From IMG/VR virus record IMGVR_UViG_3300003937_000144, positions 30,020 through 94,019 of that record: a stretch of 64,000 nt of DNA; one strand, 5' to 3'. Shown here in pieces: positions 50,804 through 60,367 of the stretch. The DNA comes from a virus. Position 1 is the first letter of the stretch, and the number at the start of each line of letters is the position of its first letter. Position numbers and translations under genes: made by a program. The notes beneath the pieces were generated by a model. The model was not told where the DNA came from. It made no database searches and saw nothing but the letters and a program-made list of their open reading frames with translations.

Positions 50804-51729
50804 TACCAACTTATTTAGGATTATCTCTATCTGAATTAAATCCAGATAATATAGCTGAGTTAATTGGTAAAGCAGGTGTAGTTGTTATACGTGATAGTGG
50901 AGCAACGCCCGAAGAATATGCTGAATGGTCATTAGGTTTAGGTTATCATTTAAGCCCAGAGATATGGTGTACAGATAAAGAACATTCTAATTTGTTTTGG
51001 ACTGTAACTAATGAGATGATGGATGATAGGAACCAAGGATTATTTGGTGACTATGAATTAGATTGGCATACAAACATGACACCAGTCGCTGATGCAGAAG
51101 AAGTGATAGGCTTATATGCTAAGACGATTACTTATGAAACTGAGACTTGGTTTGCTAATTCAATACCATACTTTAATCAATTACCTGAATCAGAACAAGA
51201 AAGATTGAGAGCCTTAACCGTTGTACTTGACCCTAAAAGAACATTAGGGGTTTATCAGGCAGCTTGGCAACCTGCATTTAAAAAGATATATGGTCAAGAA
51301 GTTCTTGATGAGATTAATAAGAATAGAAATACTCGTGAAGTATTCAATAGTATTAATATGGAACCTGAGAATAAAGAAAAGTTTGGGGCGAGTAGAGGTA
51401 TAATGAATAATCATAGGCTTGTAGTTAATCACCCAATAAAAGGTGTTGAGGGTTTATTCTTTAGTCCATATGAAGTGCATGGATTTTTAAAAGATGGTAA
51501 ACCTTATTATGGAGCAGAGTCATTATATTGGAAGTTATGGAATGATTATGTATGTAATGATAGATACATATATAAACATACGTGGCAAGAAGGTGATATA
51601 TGTTTGTTTGATAATATAATAGGAATACACAGAAGACCAGATATACTTAAAGATAAACCAAGAAAATTATTACGTACAGCTAAATGGTATAAGTCACATA
51701 TGAGGAGACACCATGATTATGTTGTATAA
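50797..51729 (+). CDS. TauD/TfdA-family dioxygenase (HxN variant)
   Basis: ELDWHTN, ETWFAN, HTWQEGDICLFDNIIGIHRR and RKLLR. Confidence 0.85.
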   Translation: MVVPTYLGLSLSELNPDNIAELIGKAGVVVIRDSGATPEEYAEWSLGLGYHLSPEIWCTDKEHSNLFWTVTNEMMDDRNQGLFGDYELDWHTNMTPVADAEEVIGLYAKTITYETETWFANSIPYFNQLPESEQERLRALTVVLDPKRTLGVYQAAWQPAFKKIYGQEVLDEINKNRNTREVFNSINMEPENKEKFGASRGIMNNHRLVVNHPIKGVEGLFFSPYEVHGFLKDGKPYYGAESLYWKLWNDYVCNDRYIYKHTWQEGDICLFDNIIGIHRRPDILKDKPRKLLRTAKWYKSHMRRHHDYVV

Positions 51730-51732
51730 ATA
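51725..51732 (+). promoter_or_regulatory. T4-type late promoter
   Basis: TATAAATA 5 nt before ATG 51738. Confidence 0.8.
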
Positions 51733-51737
51733 TAACT

Positions 51738-52373
51738 ATGGAAGCAAGAACAAAATATAAATTACCGACACATGGTGAATTAAAGCATATCGATATAGAT
51801 CTTGATAAGCTTCAAGCAGCAACAGATAAATTAGCTGCCGAATATGTCGATGTCAAGACCGCTAATAAAATGTTATGTGATAATCATATGGCATTGAGTA
51901 AATCTGTATACGATAACTTTATGCAAATAAACTTAACTGAATTTGGTGGTGATAAAGAATTAAAATATACAGATAGTATAAAAGAGCGTCTTCGTAGAGG
52001 TGAAGAAAAATTATATAATAAGCCTAACGACAAATATATAGGAAGTTACTTTGAAGAAATAACTAGCCAATTTAAATGTGATAAGATGAGAGTTCGTATC
52101 ACTAAACTTGATCCTGGTACTGATGTACCTATGCATATTGACTATGACCCTACCTATGCAACTAGAGTTGTCATACCAGTATACACAAACCCTAAAGTTA
52201 AAAATAGATTTAAGGTTAGAGGTGAAGAAGTTGAAACACATTTAGAAGCAGGCAAAGCATATTTCTTTAATACCGGTTTTGCTCATGGAGTATTTAATGA
52301 GAGTGATGAACCACGTATAGCCTTTATGTTTAGCTTAGATGGACAAGATGATATAACTGATATAAAATTATAA
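51738..52373 (+). CDS. Asp/Asn beta-hydroxylase-like 2OG-Fe(II) oxygenase
   Basis: RVRITKLDPG..PMHIDYD...RVVIPVYTN...FNTGFAHGVFNESDEPRI. Confidence 0.8.
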   Translation: MEARTKYKLPTHGELKHIDIDLDKLQAATDKLAAEYVDVKTANKMLCDNHMALSKSVYDNFMQINLTEFGGDKELKYTDSIKERLRRGEEKLYNKPNDKYIGSYFEEITSQFKCDKMRVRITKLDPGTDVPMHIDYDPTYATRVVIPVYTNPKVKNRFKVRGEEVETHLEAGKAYFFNTGFAHGVFNESDEPRIAFMFSLDGQDDITDIKL

Positions 52374-52374
52374 T

Positions 52375-53022
52375 ATGAATTTAGATATTGAGCACTACGT
52401 CTATAAGGCGAAATGGATTGACGACTCTATTTGTGATGAAGCCATTAAAGTACTTAATGAGGAAAACACCTGGCTACCATTCCCTAAAGATGTAATCAAT
52501 GCATATCCCGATGCTCCAAGAGCACAAGACGGTATTAAAGGATCTACACTCAGTATTGATTGGGCACAATTCTTAGGTGATCCTAGTATACCTGAACAAG
52601 ATAGAAATTATGGTTTAGCCCATTTAAAAAATCAAGATGTATTAAATAAAGTTAGATCTTGTATGAAGGCAGGATTAGATAATTATATTCACGAATATAT
52701 GAAGGACATAGAGTGGTATGATTACTATACAGACTTTACTGATCCTAAATTTATGAAGTATACTGAAAGTAATGACATGATGGAACATTGCGATCATGTA
52801 AGATATATATTTGATGGTAAAAAGAAAGGCATTCCTACAGTTTCTATTGTAGGTAATTTAGGTGATGACTTTGAAGGTGGTGCAATAAGATTTTGGGATA
52901 AGACAGATTACTATATGAAAAAAGGTGAGCTAATGTTTTTTCCTAGTAATTTTTTGTATCCTCATAGGGTTAGAACAACAACTAAAGGTTTAAGATATTC
53001 TCTTGTGAGTTGGGTATGGTAA
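52375..53022 (+). CDS. Prolyl-4-hydroxylase-like 2OG-Fe(II) oxygenase
   Basis: HCD, DDFEGG and FPSNFLYPHRV...GLRYSLVSW. Confidence 0.88.
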   Translation: MNLDIEHYVYKAKWIDDSICDEAIKVLNEENTWLPFPKDVINAYPDAPRAQDGIKGSTLSIDWAQFLGDPSIPEQDRNYGLAHLKNQDVLNKVRSCMKAGLDNYIHEYMKDIEWYDYYTDFTDPKFMKYTESNDMMEHCDHVRYIFDGKKKGIPTVSIVGNLGDDFEGGAIRFWDKTDYYMKKGELMFFPSNFLYPHRVRTTTKGLRYSLVSWVW

Positions 53023-53834
53023 ATATATTAGATTATACTGACAAGCAGTTTAAAGAATTAGCAAAGAAAATTATTCAAGATGGTTCAGTAGTACTCCATG
53101 ACCAAAACCTAACACGAGAACAACACGTTGAAGCATGTGCACGTTTTGGTGAACTCGAGAAACAAAGTTATTGGATGAATCCTAAAGACACCCCTGAAAT
53201 TAGTATTGTATCTGGTCAAGTTGACAAAGAGGGTAATGCTATTGGTATGTTCAGAGATCAGGAATTAGAGTGGCATGTTAATGGTGCAGGTAGACATAAG
53301 TTAACAGAATATTGTGTATCATTATATTGTGTAGAGGAATGTGTAGATACTGTATTATCAATATGTAATTGGACTGATATGTTTGCTGATCTATCCGAAG
53401 AACAAAAAGATTATTATAGAAGCATTGATGTTCATTTAGATGGAGCAGGTGTAAGCTTATGGCCCAATAGTAATTATAGAGGTAGAGAGGGTGAGTTTAA
53501 TGTAAGCAATGAATATTATAAAGAAGTTATTCAAGATGATGATAGACGACCACTTGTTGGTAAGCACCCAATAGATGGTAGAGAATATCTATATTTTCTA
53601 ATTCAATATTTAAAAGAAGCATATATAGGTGATAAGCAATTAGACATCGATGAATTTTATGCTGACCTATGGCCGAAAGTATTTAGGTCGAAGTATATGT
53701 TTCATCATGTATTCAGGAGAGGTGACCTACTCTTTATGGACCAATTACACACAATACATAGGAGATCGCCGATACACTTTATGGACAGAATGTTATGGAG
53801 GACAGCGTTTGACTACTCAAATATTAAATTTTAG
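53016..53834 (+). CDS. TauD/TfdA-family dioxygenase (HxN variant), tandem copy 1
   Basis: ELEWHVNG, PLVGKHPIDGREYLYF and GDLLFMDQLHTIHRRSP...RMLWR. Confidence 0.85.
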   Translation: MVNILDYTDKQFKELAKKIIQDGSVVLHDQNLTREQHVEACARFGELEKQSYWMNPKDTPEISIVSGQVDKEGNAIGMFRDQELEWHVNGAGRHKLTEYCVSLYCVEECVDTVLSICNWTDMFADLSEEQKDYYRSIDVHLDGAGVSLWPNSNYRGREGEFNVSNEYYKEVIQDDDRRPLVGKHPIDGREYLYFLIQYLKEAYIGDKQLDIDEFYADLWPKVFRSKYMFHHVFRRGDLLFMDQLHTIHRRSPIHFMDRMLWRTAFDYSNIKF

Positions 53835-54639
53835 TGATGAACAATTAAAAGACTTAGCTGAAGAACTTATTGCAAAGGGCCATGTTATACTTTACGATCA
53901 GGTTATGACCATGGACCAATATGTTGAAGTGTGTAATCGCATAGGTAATTGTGAGTATTATAATTACTTTATGAATCCACCTGAAAGGCCAGAGATTAGT
54001 TTTGTGTCAGGTGAGAGAGATGAGAACGGTAAAGTCTTAGGTGTCTTTGGTGATAGCGAATTACAGTGGCATGCAAATGGTGTAGCTCGTCATAAGTTTG
54101 ACCAAATAATTGTATCATTATATTGTGTAGAGGAATGTATAGACACAGTGCTTTCTATATGTAATCAATGTGATGCGTTTGCTGAATTATCTGAAAGAGA
54201 TAAGGAAAGATTTAGAAAGATTGATATACAGCTTGATGATAAAAAAGATGCTATATATAAAATGTCTGACCATGATTTACCTGATCATCCAGCAAGAGAA
54301 CGTGAAATTAAAACTGGCGCTGAATTTTATAAAGAAGATGTAGATAGACGGCCTTTAGTAGGTAAGCATCCGATAGATGGTAGAGAATATTTATATTTTA
54401 TGGTACCATATATAGTTGGTGCATTTGAGAATGGAGAACGAATTAATCATGAAGCTTTATATGAAGAACTATGGGAAAAGTTATTTAATTCAAGAAATAT
54501 GAAACATCATGTATTTAGGAAAGGCGATTTATTGCTTATGGACCAGTTACATACAACTCATAGGAGATCGCCCGTTAAAAGAAAAATAAGAAAATTATGG
54601 AGGTGTGCATTTGACTATTCAAATATCGACTTTACCTAG
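53809..54639 (+). CDS. TauD/TfdA-family dioxygenase (HxN variant), tandem copy 2
   Basis: ELQWHANG and DQLHTTHRRSP. TTG start at 53809 after GGAGG, aligning with the copy-1 N-terminus. Confidence 0.85.
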   Translation: MTTQILNFSDEQLKDLAEELIAKGHVILYDQVMTMDQYVEVCNRIGNCEYYNYFMNPPERPEISFVSGERDENGKVLGVFGDSELQWHANGVARHKFDQIIVSLYCVEECIDTVLSICNQCDAFAELSERDKERFRKIDIQLDDKKDAIYKMSDHDLPDHPAREREIKTGAEFYKEDVDRRPLVGKHPIDGREYLYFMVPYIVGAFENGERINHEALYEELWEKLFNSRNMKHHVFRKGDLLLMDQLHTTHRRSPVKRKIRKLWRCAFDYSNIDFT

Positions 54640-55402
54640 AGATAGACTTAAGTGGGAACTAACTAAAACCCAAATAGCAGGTCATAGTATATGGTATGAC
54701 CAAGGATTAGATGCTAATGGTTTAACAGAATTCATGAATTCAATTGGTGAATGTGAATGCCCTGACCTATTCATGAACCCTAAGAATACACCTGAGATCT
54801 TTATAGTCACTGGTAAGAAGGATAAGCATGGTAAGAAGCTTGGCATGTTTGGTGATACTGAACTTGGTTGGCACTCTAATGGTAACTCAAGACACAACGT
54901 TGATAAAATATTAATTGCTTTATATTGCGTTGAAGAAGATGATAATACTTGTTTGTCTATATGTAATACAACTCGACCATTCCAGGCTTTAACAGATGAA
55001 CAACAAGAATACTATAGAGATATTACAATTAAACTCAAATTTAAAAATAATACTATATATAATTTAGAAGAAGGTGATCCAGAATTAGAATTCATGGAAG
55101 CTAGCAAAGGATCTATACGTAAATTAATAGGTAGGCATCCACATACTGGCCAAGAGTATTTCTATTTTCCATATCATTTTATAGAGAGAGTTTGGTATAA
55201 GAAAAAGAAAATTGACGGTAATAAACTTATACAAGAGTTGAAGCAGGTTATATTTAAATCACAATACCAAACACATCACATATTTAAAAAGGGCGATCTA
55301 TTATTAATGGATCAATTTACTTCGTTACATAGGAGGACTCCAGTGTATGACAATAATAGATTACTATGGAGAGTTGCCTGTGACTATAGGAAGATAATGT
55401 GA
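54611..55402 (+). CDS. TauD/TfdA-family dioxygenase (HxN variant), tandem copy 3
   Basis: ELGWHSNG and DQFTSLHRRTP. TTG start at 54611 after GGAGG. Confidence 0.85.
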   Translation: MTIQISTLPRDRLKWELTKTQIAGHSIWYDQGLDANGLTEFMNSIGECECPDLFMNPKNTPEIFIVTGKKDKHGKKLGMFGDTELGWHSNGNSRHNVDKILIALYCVEEDDNTCLSICNTTRPFQALTDEQQEYYRDITIKLKFKNNTIYNLEEGDPELEFMEASKGSIRKLIGRHPHTGQEYFYFPYHFIERVWYKKKKIDGNKLIQELKQVIFKSQYQTHHIFKKGDLLLMDQFTSLHRRTPVYDNNRLLWRVACDYRKIM

Positions 55403-56064
55403 AAAAAATAGTTGCTGTAGCATTTAGTTATGCAGAAAATTCTATGAACATGAGAGGCTTAACCCTCATGGATGAATTGTTATTTTTTGATGGCCAATAT
55501 GATATGAATGATTTTAATATGCCTCTTTGTAATTCAAATAAATCAGATGGAAATGTTCCAGAAGGTGTGAATAAATTCATAAAGGTTATGAGAGATGCTG
55601 ACATATTAGTGTTTGCTATACCTGAAGCTACAGGACATTATGCGGCTGCGTTCAAGAATGCAATGGATTGGTTAATATGTGAGTCTAAGTTTAATAGTGA
55701 TATTGCAGTTGATGGTGCATTTTATAATAAACCAGTATGGGTTGTAACATTCACTCCTGTGATTCCCGCGGTAACTCCGGGTGAAAGTTATGAGATAGGT
55801 GCTGGAGGCCGACACTTTGAAATGACAAGACACCTATTAAATGAGAAGATGGGTGGAGCTGTGCATCAAGAGATGTTTGTGTTTAATGATGGATGGCAAC
55901 ATTGCAGACCAGGAAATGTTGATTGGGTAAGAGATGCTTGTAATGAAATACTAAGAGCAATAGATTTTGATCCTGGTGAAAGGGCACCATCATATTCTAT
56001 GAAGGATAGACCAGTAAAGTGGCTTAAACGATACGAAGAGTGGGATGCTTCATGGAAGGAATAG
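55399..56064 (+). CDS. NAD(P)H-dependent FMN reductase (flavodoxin fold)
   Basis: ADILVFAIPEATGHYAAAFKNAMDW and NKPV resemble the PEYN..LKNAIDW signature. Confidence 0.8.
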   Translation: MKKIVAVAFSYAENSMNMRGLTLMDELLFFDGQYDMNDFNMPLCNSNKSDGNVPEGVNKFIKVMRDADILVFAIPEATGHYAAAFKNAMDWLICESKFNSDIAVDGAFYNKPVWVVTFTPVIPAVTPGESYEIGAGGRHFEMTRHLLNEKMGGAVHQEMFVFNDGWQHCRPGNVDWVRDACNEILRAIDFDPGERAPSYSMKDRPVKWLKRYEEWDASWKE

Positions 56065-56630
56065 CCGAATACATTAATGTCGATTATAATAAAGAGTATC
56101 TAATACGAAAGCATAACGATGCGCGCGGTGCACATGGTAAAGAGTATATCGAATGTGGAACCGAATCTCACATCCTTAGAGATAACCCAGACTATTACAG
56201 ACAATGGGATCATATACTTACAATCATGTGTGGTGTTCATATAGGTATGTGCGAACATGGTACAGGTTTTAATTTAAATGGAACTCTAAAAGCCGGGGTA
56301 CCGCCCCATATAGATTTTGATGATAGAGAAGGTAATGGATTTAATTTATTATTACCTATGTTTGGTATAGCTAAGATTAATATATACGAAACCATACCTA
56401 GTCAATTAGAATTTAGACATGGCATGACCCATTGGAATATGTTACAAGATAAATATCCACCAAGAAAGATAGGTGAAATAGTTGTAGATAAGCCTGTCTT
56501 ATTAGATACAATGTACTTACATGATGTACAAGTAATCGATGCGCCTCGTGCAATATTTTGTGTTGCTTGGAGAGGTATAAATAAGACATATAATGAATTT
56601 AAAGACCATGCCGAAAAAACACTTACCTGA
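56052..56630 (+). CDS. Putative 2OG-Fe(II)/cupin oxygenase
   Basis: VPPHIDFD...NLLLP...PVLLDTMYLHDV...PRAI. Confidence 0.55.
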   Translation: MEGIAEYINVDYNKEYLIRKHNDARGAHGKEYIECGTESHILRDNPDYYRQWDHILTIMCGVHIGMCEHGTGFNLNGTLKAGVPPHIDFDDREGNGFNLLLPMFGIAKINIYETIPSQLEFRHGMTHWNMLQDKYPPRKIGEIVVDKPVLLDTMYLHDVQVIDAPRAIFCVAWRGINKTYNEFKDHAEKTLT

Positions 56631-58032
56631 TCCAGAAAAGTATGAGCTAGGCGAGCCATATACCCATCTAGGAATACCATTCCCAAGGTTACCTGCTACC
56701 TTTGAAAAGAATTCAGTTCCATTAAAAGAAGATTACAAAATGAGATCTATGGATTACTTAGATACTCCTGAAGCTTATTCGTTATTTGAAAAGCAAGCTG
56801 ACCTTATAATTGAAAATGGTTGGAAGGGTATTATTGATGTTGGTTGTAGACATGGTCCAGTAGTTGATATATTAATGGATAAAGGATATACTGATTTCAA
56901 CTATATGGGATTTGATACATCTGCTCAACCTATTGAATATGCTCAAGAGACATGGCAAGAGTTTGATAATATAGAATATCGTGTTATGTCTTGGAATGAA
57001 TTTGCGCCAGCTGGTGCAAGCAAAGGTCATAAGCAGCTTGGTCAAAACAATAAGAAAGAAACTGATGAGGAATGGTGGTCTAGAGCCGGTGTTAAATTCA
57101 AAGTAGACTTCCATGTTGATGTTATGATATGGTCAGGCGTTTTATTATATGAACCAACATATCATTTATGGTTCTTTCATAATATGCATAATGCGTATGG
57201 TGCACAAAATGCAATTATACAAGAACCTTTAAAAGACCAAAGGCCAGAATGCTGGAGAGAAGATTTAGAATTAAATACTATTGAGCATAGACTTCATATG
57301 TATAAAACTAAATATTATGAATATGAATCTTGGGAATTTGATTTAGATATATTTAGTGGTAGAAGAATAATATCACGTGTTAAATTATGGCAGGATGGTG
57401 ATTCTAAATGGGAAGATTGGGTAGATACTCATGGTCAGCTAGCCGCTAATCCACACACTGAGATACTTCCATCAGGCTATAAAGTAATACCATATATATT
57501 TCGAGGTAAATTAAATTTTGAATTAAGCCAAAGGGATCAGACTTTATGTCAAGTAGCTTTAGAGAAAATGTTTAAAGAGAGACATAGTCATAGGTTAGCA
57601 GATAATTATAGCAGAGATAAATTGCATTTAGGCAAAATGTATATGTACAACTTTGTATTTGATGGTGATGAACCAGTCTTCTGCTCGGGTGTACAAAATG
57701 TTACTGATAAAGTTGTTAGAGTATTCTCTAGATACTTTGCTTTTGAAAAGTATAAGACAGATGGCACCACACTATTAGAGAAGAATGACAACTTTGAAGA
57801 ATTACAATATGCTATGCATTGGATCCGTGATAGAATTATATTTTGGAGTAGAGATAAATCTCCTAAGTTCTTTGAAAGGTTAAAAGTTAAAAATGAATTG
57901 TTTTCAGAGTGGACTGTACATCCTACAAAGATTAATATAATCTATCCTAATAATGAACAATATATATTTTATACACCAAAGGTTCCAGCTGAATGGTGGA
58001 AAAATGGTAACTATGATGGATTTTTTAAATGA
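56608..58032 (+). CDS. Class I SAM methyltransferase fused to an uncharacterised (possibly GNAT-like) domain
   Basis: IIDVGCRHG, YMGFDTS and WSGVLLY; second domain PVFCSG...VRVFSRYF...IFWSR. Confidence 0.7.
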   Translation: MPKKHLPDPEKYELGEPYTHLGIPFPRLPATFEKNSVPLKEDYKMRSMDYLDTPEAYSLFEKQADLIIENGWKGIIDVGCRHGPVVDILMDKGYTDFNYMGFDTSAQPIEYAQETWQEFDNIEYRVMSWNEFAPAGASKGHKQLGQNNKKETDEEWWSRAGVKFKVDFHVDVMIWSGVLLYEPTYHLWFFHNMHNAYGAQNAIIQEPLKDQRPECWREDLELNTIEHRLHMYKTKYYEYESWEFDLDIFSGRRIISRVKLWQDGDSKWEDWVDTHGQLAANPHTEILPSGYKVIPYIFRGKLNFELSQRDQTLCQVALEKMFKERHSHRLADNYSRDKLHLGKMYMYNFVFDGDEPVFCSGVQNVTDKVVRVFSRYFAFEKYKTDGTTLLEKNDNFEELQYAMHWIRDRIIFWSRDKSPKFFERLKVKNELFSEWTVHPTKINIIYPNNEQYIFYTPKVPAEWWKNGNYDGFFK

Positions 58033-59090
58033 AGTTCTATGTTAACGGCACCCGTCGAGGGTTAGGCAAATATATCTATGATAGATTGAATGTAGTCGAG
58101 ACTCTTGAAGAATGTGATGTATTCATTAATTGTAAGCATGATGGATTCCTTCAGGTGGACTTATTATATAAAGCTTGTGAATTAGGCAAGAGAGTTATCA
58201 ACATAGGTTCATATGCATCTGACTGGATATTCCATCCACAACAAAAGAAATATACTTATGCTATTGAGAAGAAAGCATTAAGAGATGCTAACTCACAACT
58301 GTTTGATAATGGTTATAATACTACATGTTTAAACTTAGGTTATTTGGATAGTGAGAGTGTAGAACATATCACATCAAATAAGATGACACATAGATCTGTT
58401 GTAAATAATATTGAATGGATACTCACACATCCTCATCGTGTAAAAGAAATAACTATAACACCTAATGAATCAAAGAAAGAAAATAAGTACAATGACCAGG
58501 TCGTTAAAGAAATAGGAACTCTAGCATATGATGAACGTATAACAATATCAGATAACCTACGTGACTATTCAACCATGTATGCTAACTGTTATAAACAATT
58601 ACACCAGTTCGGTCAATATGATTTAGAAAAGGTTAGAGCTGAAGTAGCTGTGTTATTAGAGGCACATGAATTACATGATAATCAAATTATGTTACAATCA
58701 TTGGATGGTAAAGACTTCTATACTGGTATCACTCAAGTAAGTAAGATCCCTGAGGGTATAGTTGAGAATGATTTTGATAAGCTCAACGTTCATGAGGATT
58801 CAGAGATAGCTAGATTCATAAATGATTTAGGTATAACAAGGGCAAGATTACTTGTCTTACCTGAGAAAACTTGTTATACATTCCATTTTGATCCGACTTC
58901 ACGAATACATTTAGTGGTAAAAACAAATGAATGGGCCTTTATGGCTGATGAAAAGTGGAGATTATTCCATATGCCTGATGATGGTTATCCATGGTATGTT
59001 GACACTACATATCCACACACCGCAATTAACTCAGCACTTGAAGACCGCATACATATAATGGGTCGTGCACCGCAAAAACCTTATAAATAG
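58029..59090 (+). CDS. Fusion of a compact SDR-like Rossmann domain and an Asp/Asn beta-hydroxylase-like domain
   Basis: VNGTRRGLG, DVFINC, VINIGS, YAIEK (YxxxK); then RARLLVL..YTFHFD..RIHL...DTTYPHTAIN...RIH. Confidence 0.75.
   Translation: MKFYVNGTRRGLGKYIYDRLNVVETLEECDVFINCKHDGFLQVDLLYKACELGKRVINIGSYASDWIFHPQQKKYTYAIEKKALRDANSQLFDNGYNTTCLNLGYLDSESVEHITSNKMTHRSVVNNIEWILTHPHRVKEITITPNESKKENKYNDQVVKEIGTLAYDERITISDNLRDYSTMYANCYKQLHQFGQYDLEKVRAEVAVLLEAHELHDNQIMLQSLDGKDFYTGITQVSKIPEGIVENDFDKLNVHEDSEIARFINDLGITRARLLVLPEKTCYTFHFDPTSRIHLVVKTNEWAFMADEKWRLFHMPDDGYPWYVDTTYPHTAINSALEDRIHIMGRAPQKPYK
59082..59089 (+). promoter_or_regulatory. T4-type late promoter
   Basis: TATAAATA 5 nt before ATG 59095. 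Confidence 0.8.
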
Positions 59091-59094
59091 AAAT

Positions 59095-59541
59095 ATGATT
59101 GAGAAAATACTAGCGGGGACTCTCGCACTTTCGGTAGGTGGATGTAGCATGTTAGGCGGTTTCAACGCACTAGATCCCAAAAACCTTATTAAGACAGCAG
59201 CAACAACTGGTGTCACATACGTAATAGCAGGCCCCTTAGCAGCCGCGGGCAATGCTGCAACATCTATAGCAGTTGATTCAGTTCTACCTGATGACAAACC
59301 TGCAATAGGTGATATTGAGGCTGGAAACGAAGAACAATTGAGGGCATATATGTTTCAAAACCTAACACAAACAGTACTATACGCGGTAATCGGATTCTTA
59401 ATATTTACTAATGTTGTTGGACCATGGGCTGCACAGCGTAGAGCAAAGAGAAAAGCTGAGCAAGTAGCAGAAGACCAACGTCGTAAAGATAAATATGACG
59501 CAATGAAAGCTGAATTAACTGCGCGTCGAAATAAAGAATAG
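59095..59541 (+). CDS. Lipoprotein with a C-terminal transmembrane helix (u-spanin-like topology)
   Basis: MIEKILAGTLALSVGG-C signal/lipobox; TM TVLYAVIGFLIFTNVVGPW; basic tail. Confidence 0.6.
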   Translation: MIEKILAGTLALSVGGCSMLGGFNALDPKNLIKTAATTGVTYVIAGPLAAAGNAATSIAVDSVLPDDKPAIGDIEAGNEEQLRAYMFQNLTQTVLYAVIGFLIFTNVVGPWAAQRRAKRKAEQVAEDQRRKDKYDAMKAELTARRNKE

Positions 59542-59549
59542 TATAAATA
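59542..59549 (+). promoter_or_regulatory. T4-type late promoter
   Basis: TATAAATA directly after the stop at 59541. Confidence 0.75.
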
Positions 59550-59554
59550 TACTT

Positions 59555-59641
59555 GTAAGTAAGCGAGAATATCGAAATAGTCAGTAACACGGAGAGACAC
59601 TCCAGATCGATCGGTTATGATTGCAATCTTACGTTTTTTTT
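59555..59641 (+). ncRNA. Candidate structured leader or small RNA
   Basis: Nested complementarity: GTAAG/CTTAC, AGTCAGTAAC/GTTATGATT, GGAG/CTCC, then 8 T. Confidence 0.3.
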
Positions 59642-59658
59642 AACTTAAGGAGAAGTAT

Positions 59659-60357
59659 ATGTTTAGACAAATGATTAAGAAGTCTATCCAAAAATCTCAG
59701 CATTGCAATCGCAACTGGGATTTAACACAAGAGATGCCTCAGGCAGATATCGATCTTATGATTGAAGCTGCTACACAGTGTCCTACTAAGCAAAACCTTA
59801 ACCACTATAAAACCCACGTAATAACAGACCGTGCTATAATCGAACAGATTGAAGCTGCGACTGCTATTCCTGATTTTGGTTCTGAAGACAATGACTTCAG
59901 AGGCTATGATGGCGTTCAGGGTTATGATGGAGGTTTTGGTCCAACTAACTCACAACTATCTGCTCATGCAGTCTTCGCGTTTGTTGAAGATGAGCCATGG
60001 CAAATGGGTGAGGAAGTTCGTGAGCCTTCAGAGTCTACTAAGACTATGCATGGCAAAACAGGTGACGGCAAATTGGCTGAGTCTTATAAAGAAGACAGAG
60101 ACCAAGCTGTTGGTATTGCTGCAGGATATTTAAACCTAGTATCAACTATGATGGGTTATTCTACTGGTTGTTGCAAGTGTTTTCATATGGACAAAGTTAA
60201 CAAAGCATTGGGAGTACCGGAAGGTAAGAACACTGTATTGTTAATGGGTATTGGTATTGCTGATCCTAGTCGTCAAAGACAGGAACATCATTCTGATGCA
60301 AGCTTTAGCTTCGGTTCTCATAAGAATATGAGAAAGTTCGAAACTCACTACGCTTAA
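59659..60357 (+). CDS. Nitroreductase-family flavoprotein
   Basis: SQHCNRNWD, ATQCPTKQN, VGIAAGYLNLVSTMMGYSTGCC and LLMGIG; strong SD TAAGGAG. Confidence 0.8.
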   Translation: MFRQMIKKSIQKSQHCNRNWDLTQEMPQADIDLMIEAATQCPTKQNLNHYKTHVITDRAIIEQIEAATAIPDFGSEDNDFRGYDGVQGYDGGFGPTNSQLSAHAVFAFVEDEPWQMGEEVREPSESTKTMHGKTGDGKLAESYKEDRDQAVGIAAGYLNLVSTMMGYSTGCCKCFHMDKVNKALGVPEGKNTVLLMGIGIADPSRQRQEHHSDASFSFGSHKNMRKFETHYA

Positions 60358-60367
60358 ACAGTAACAC

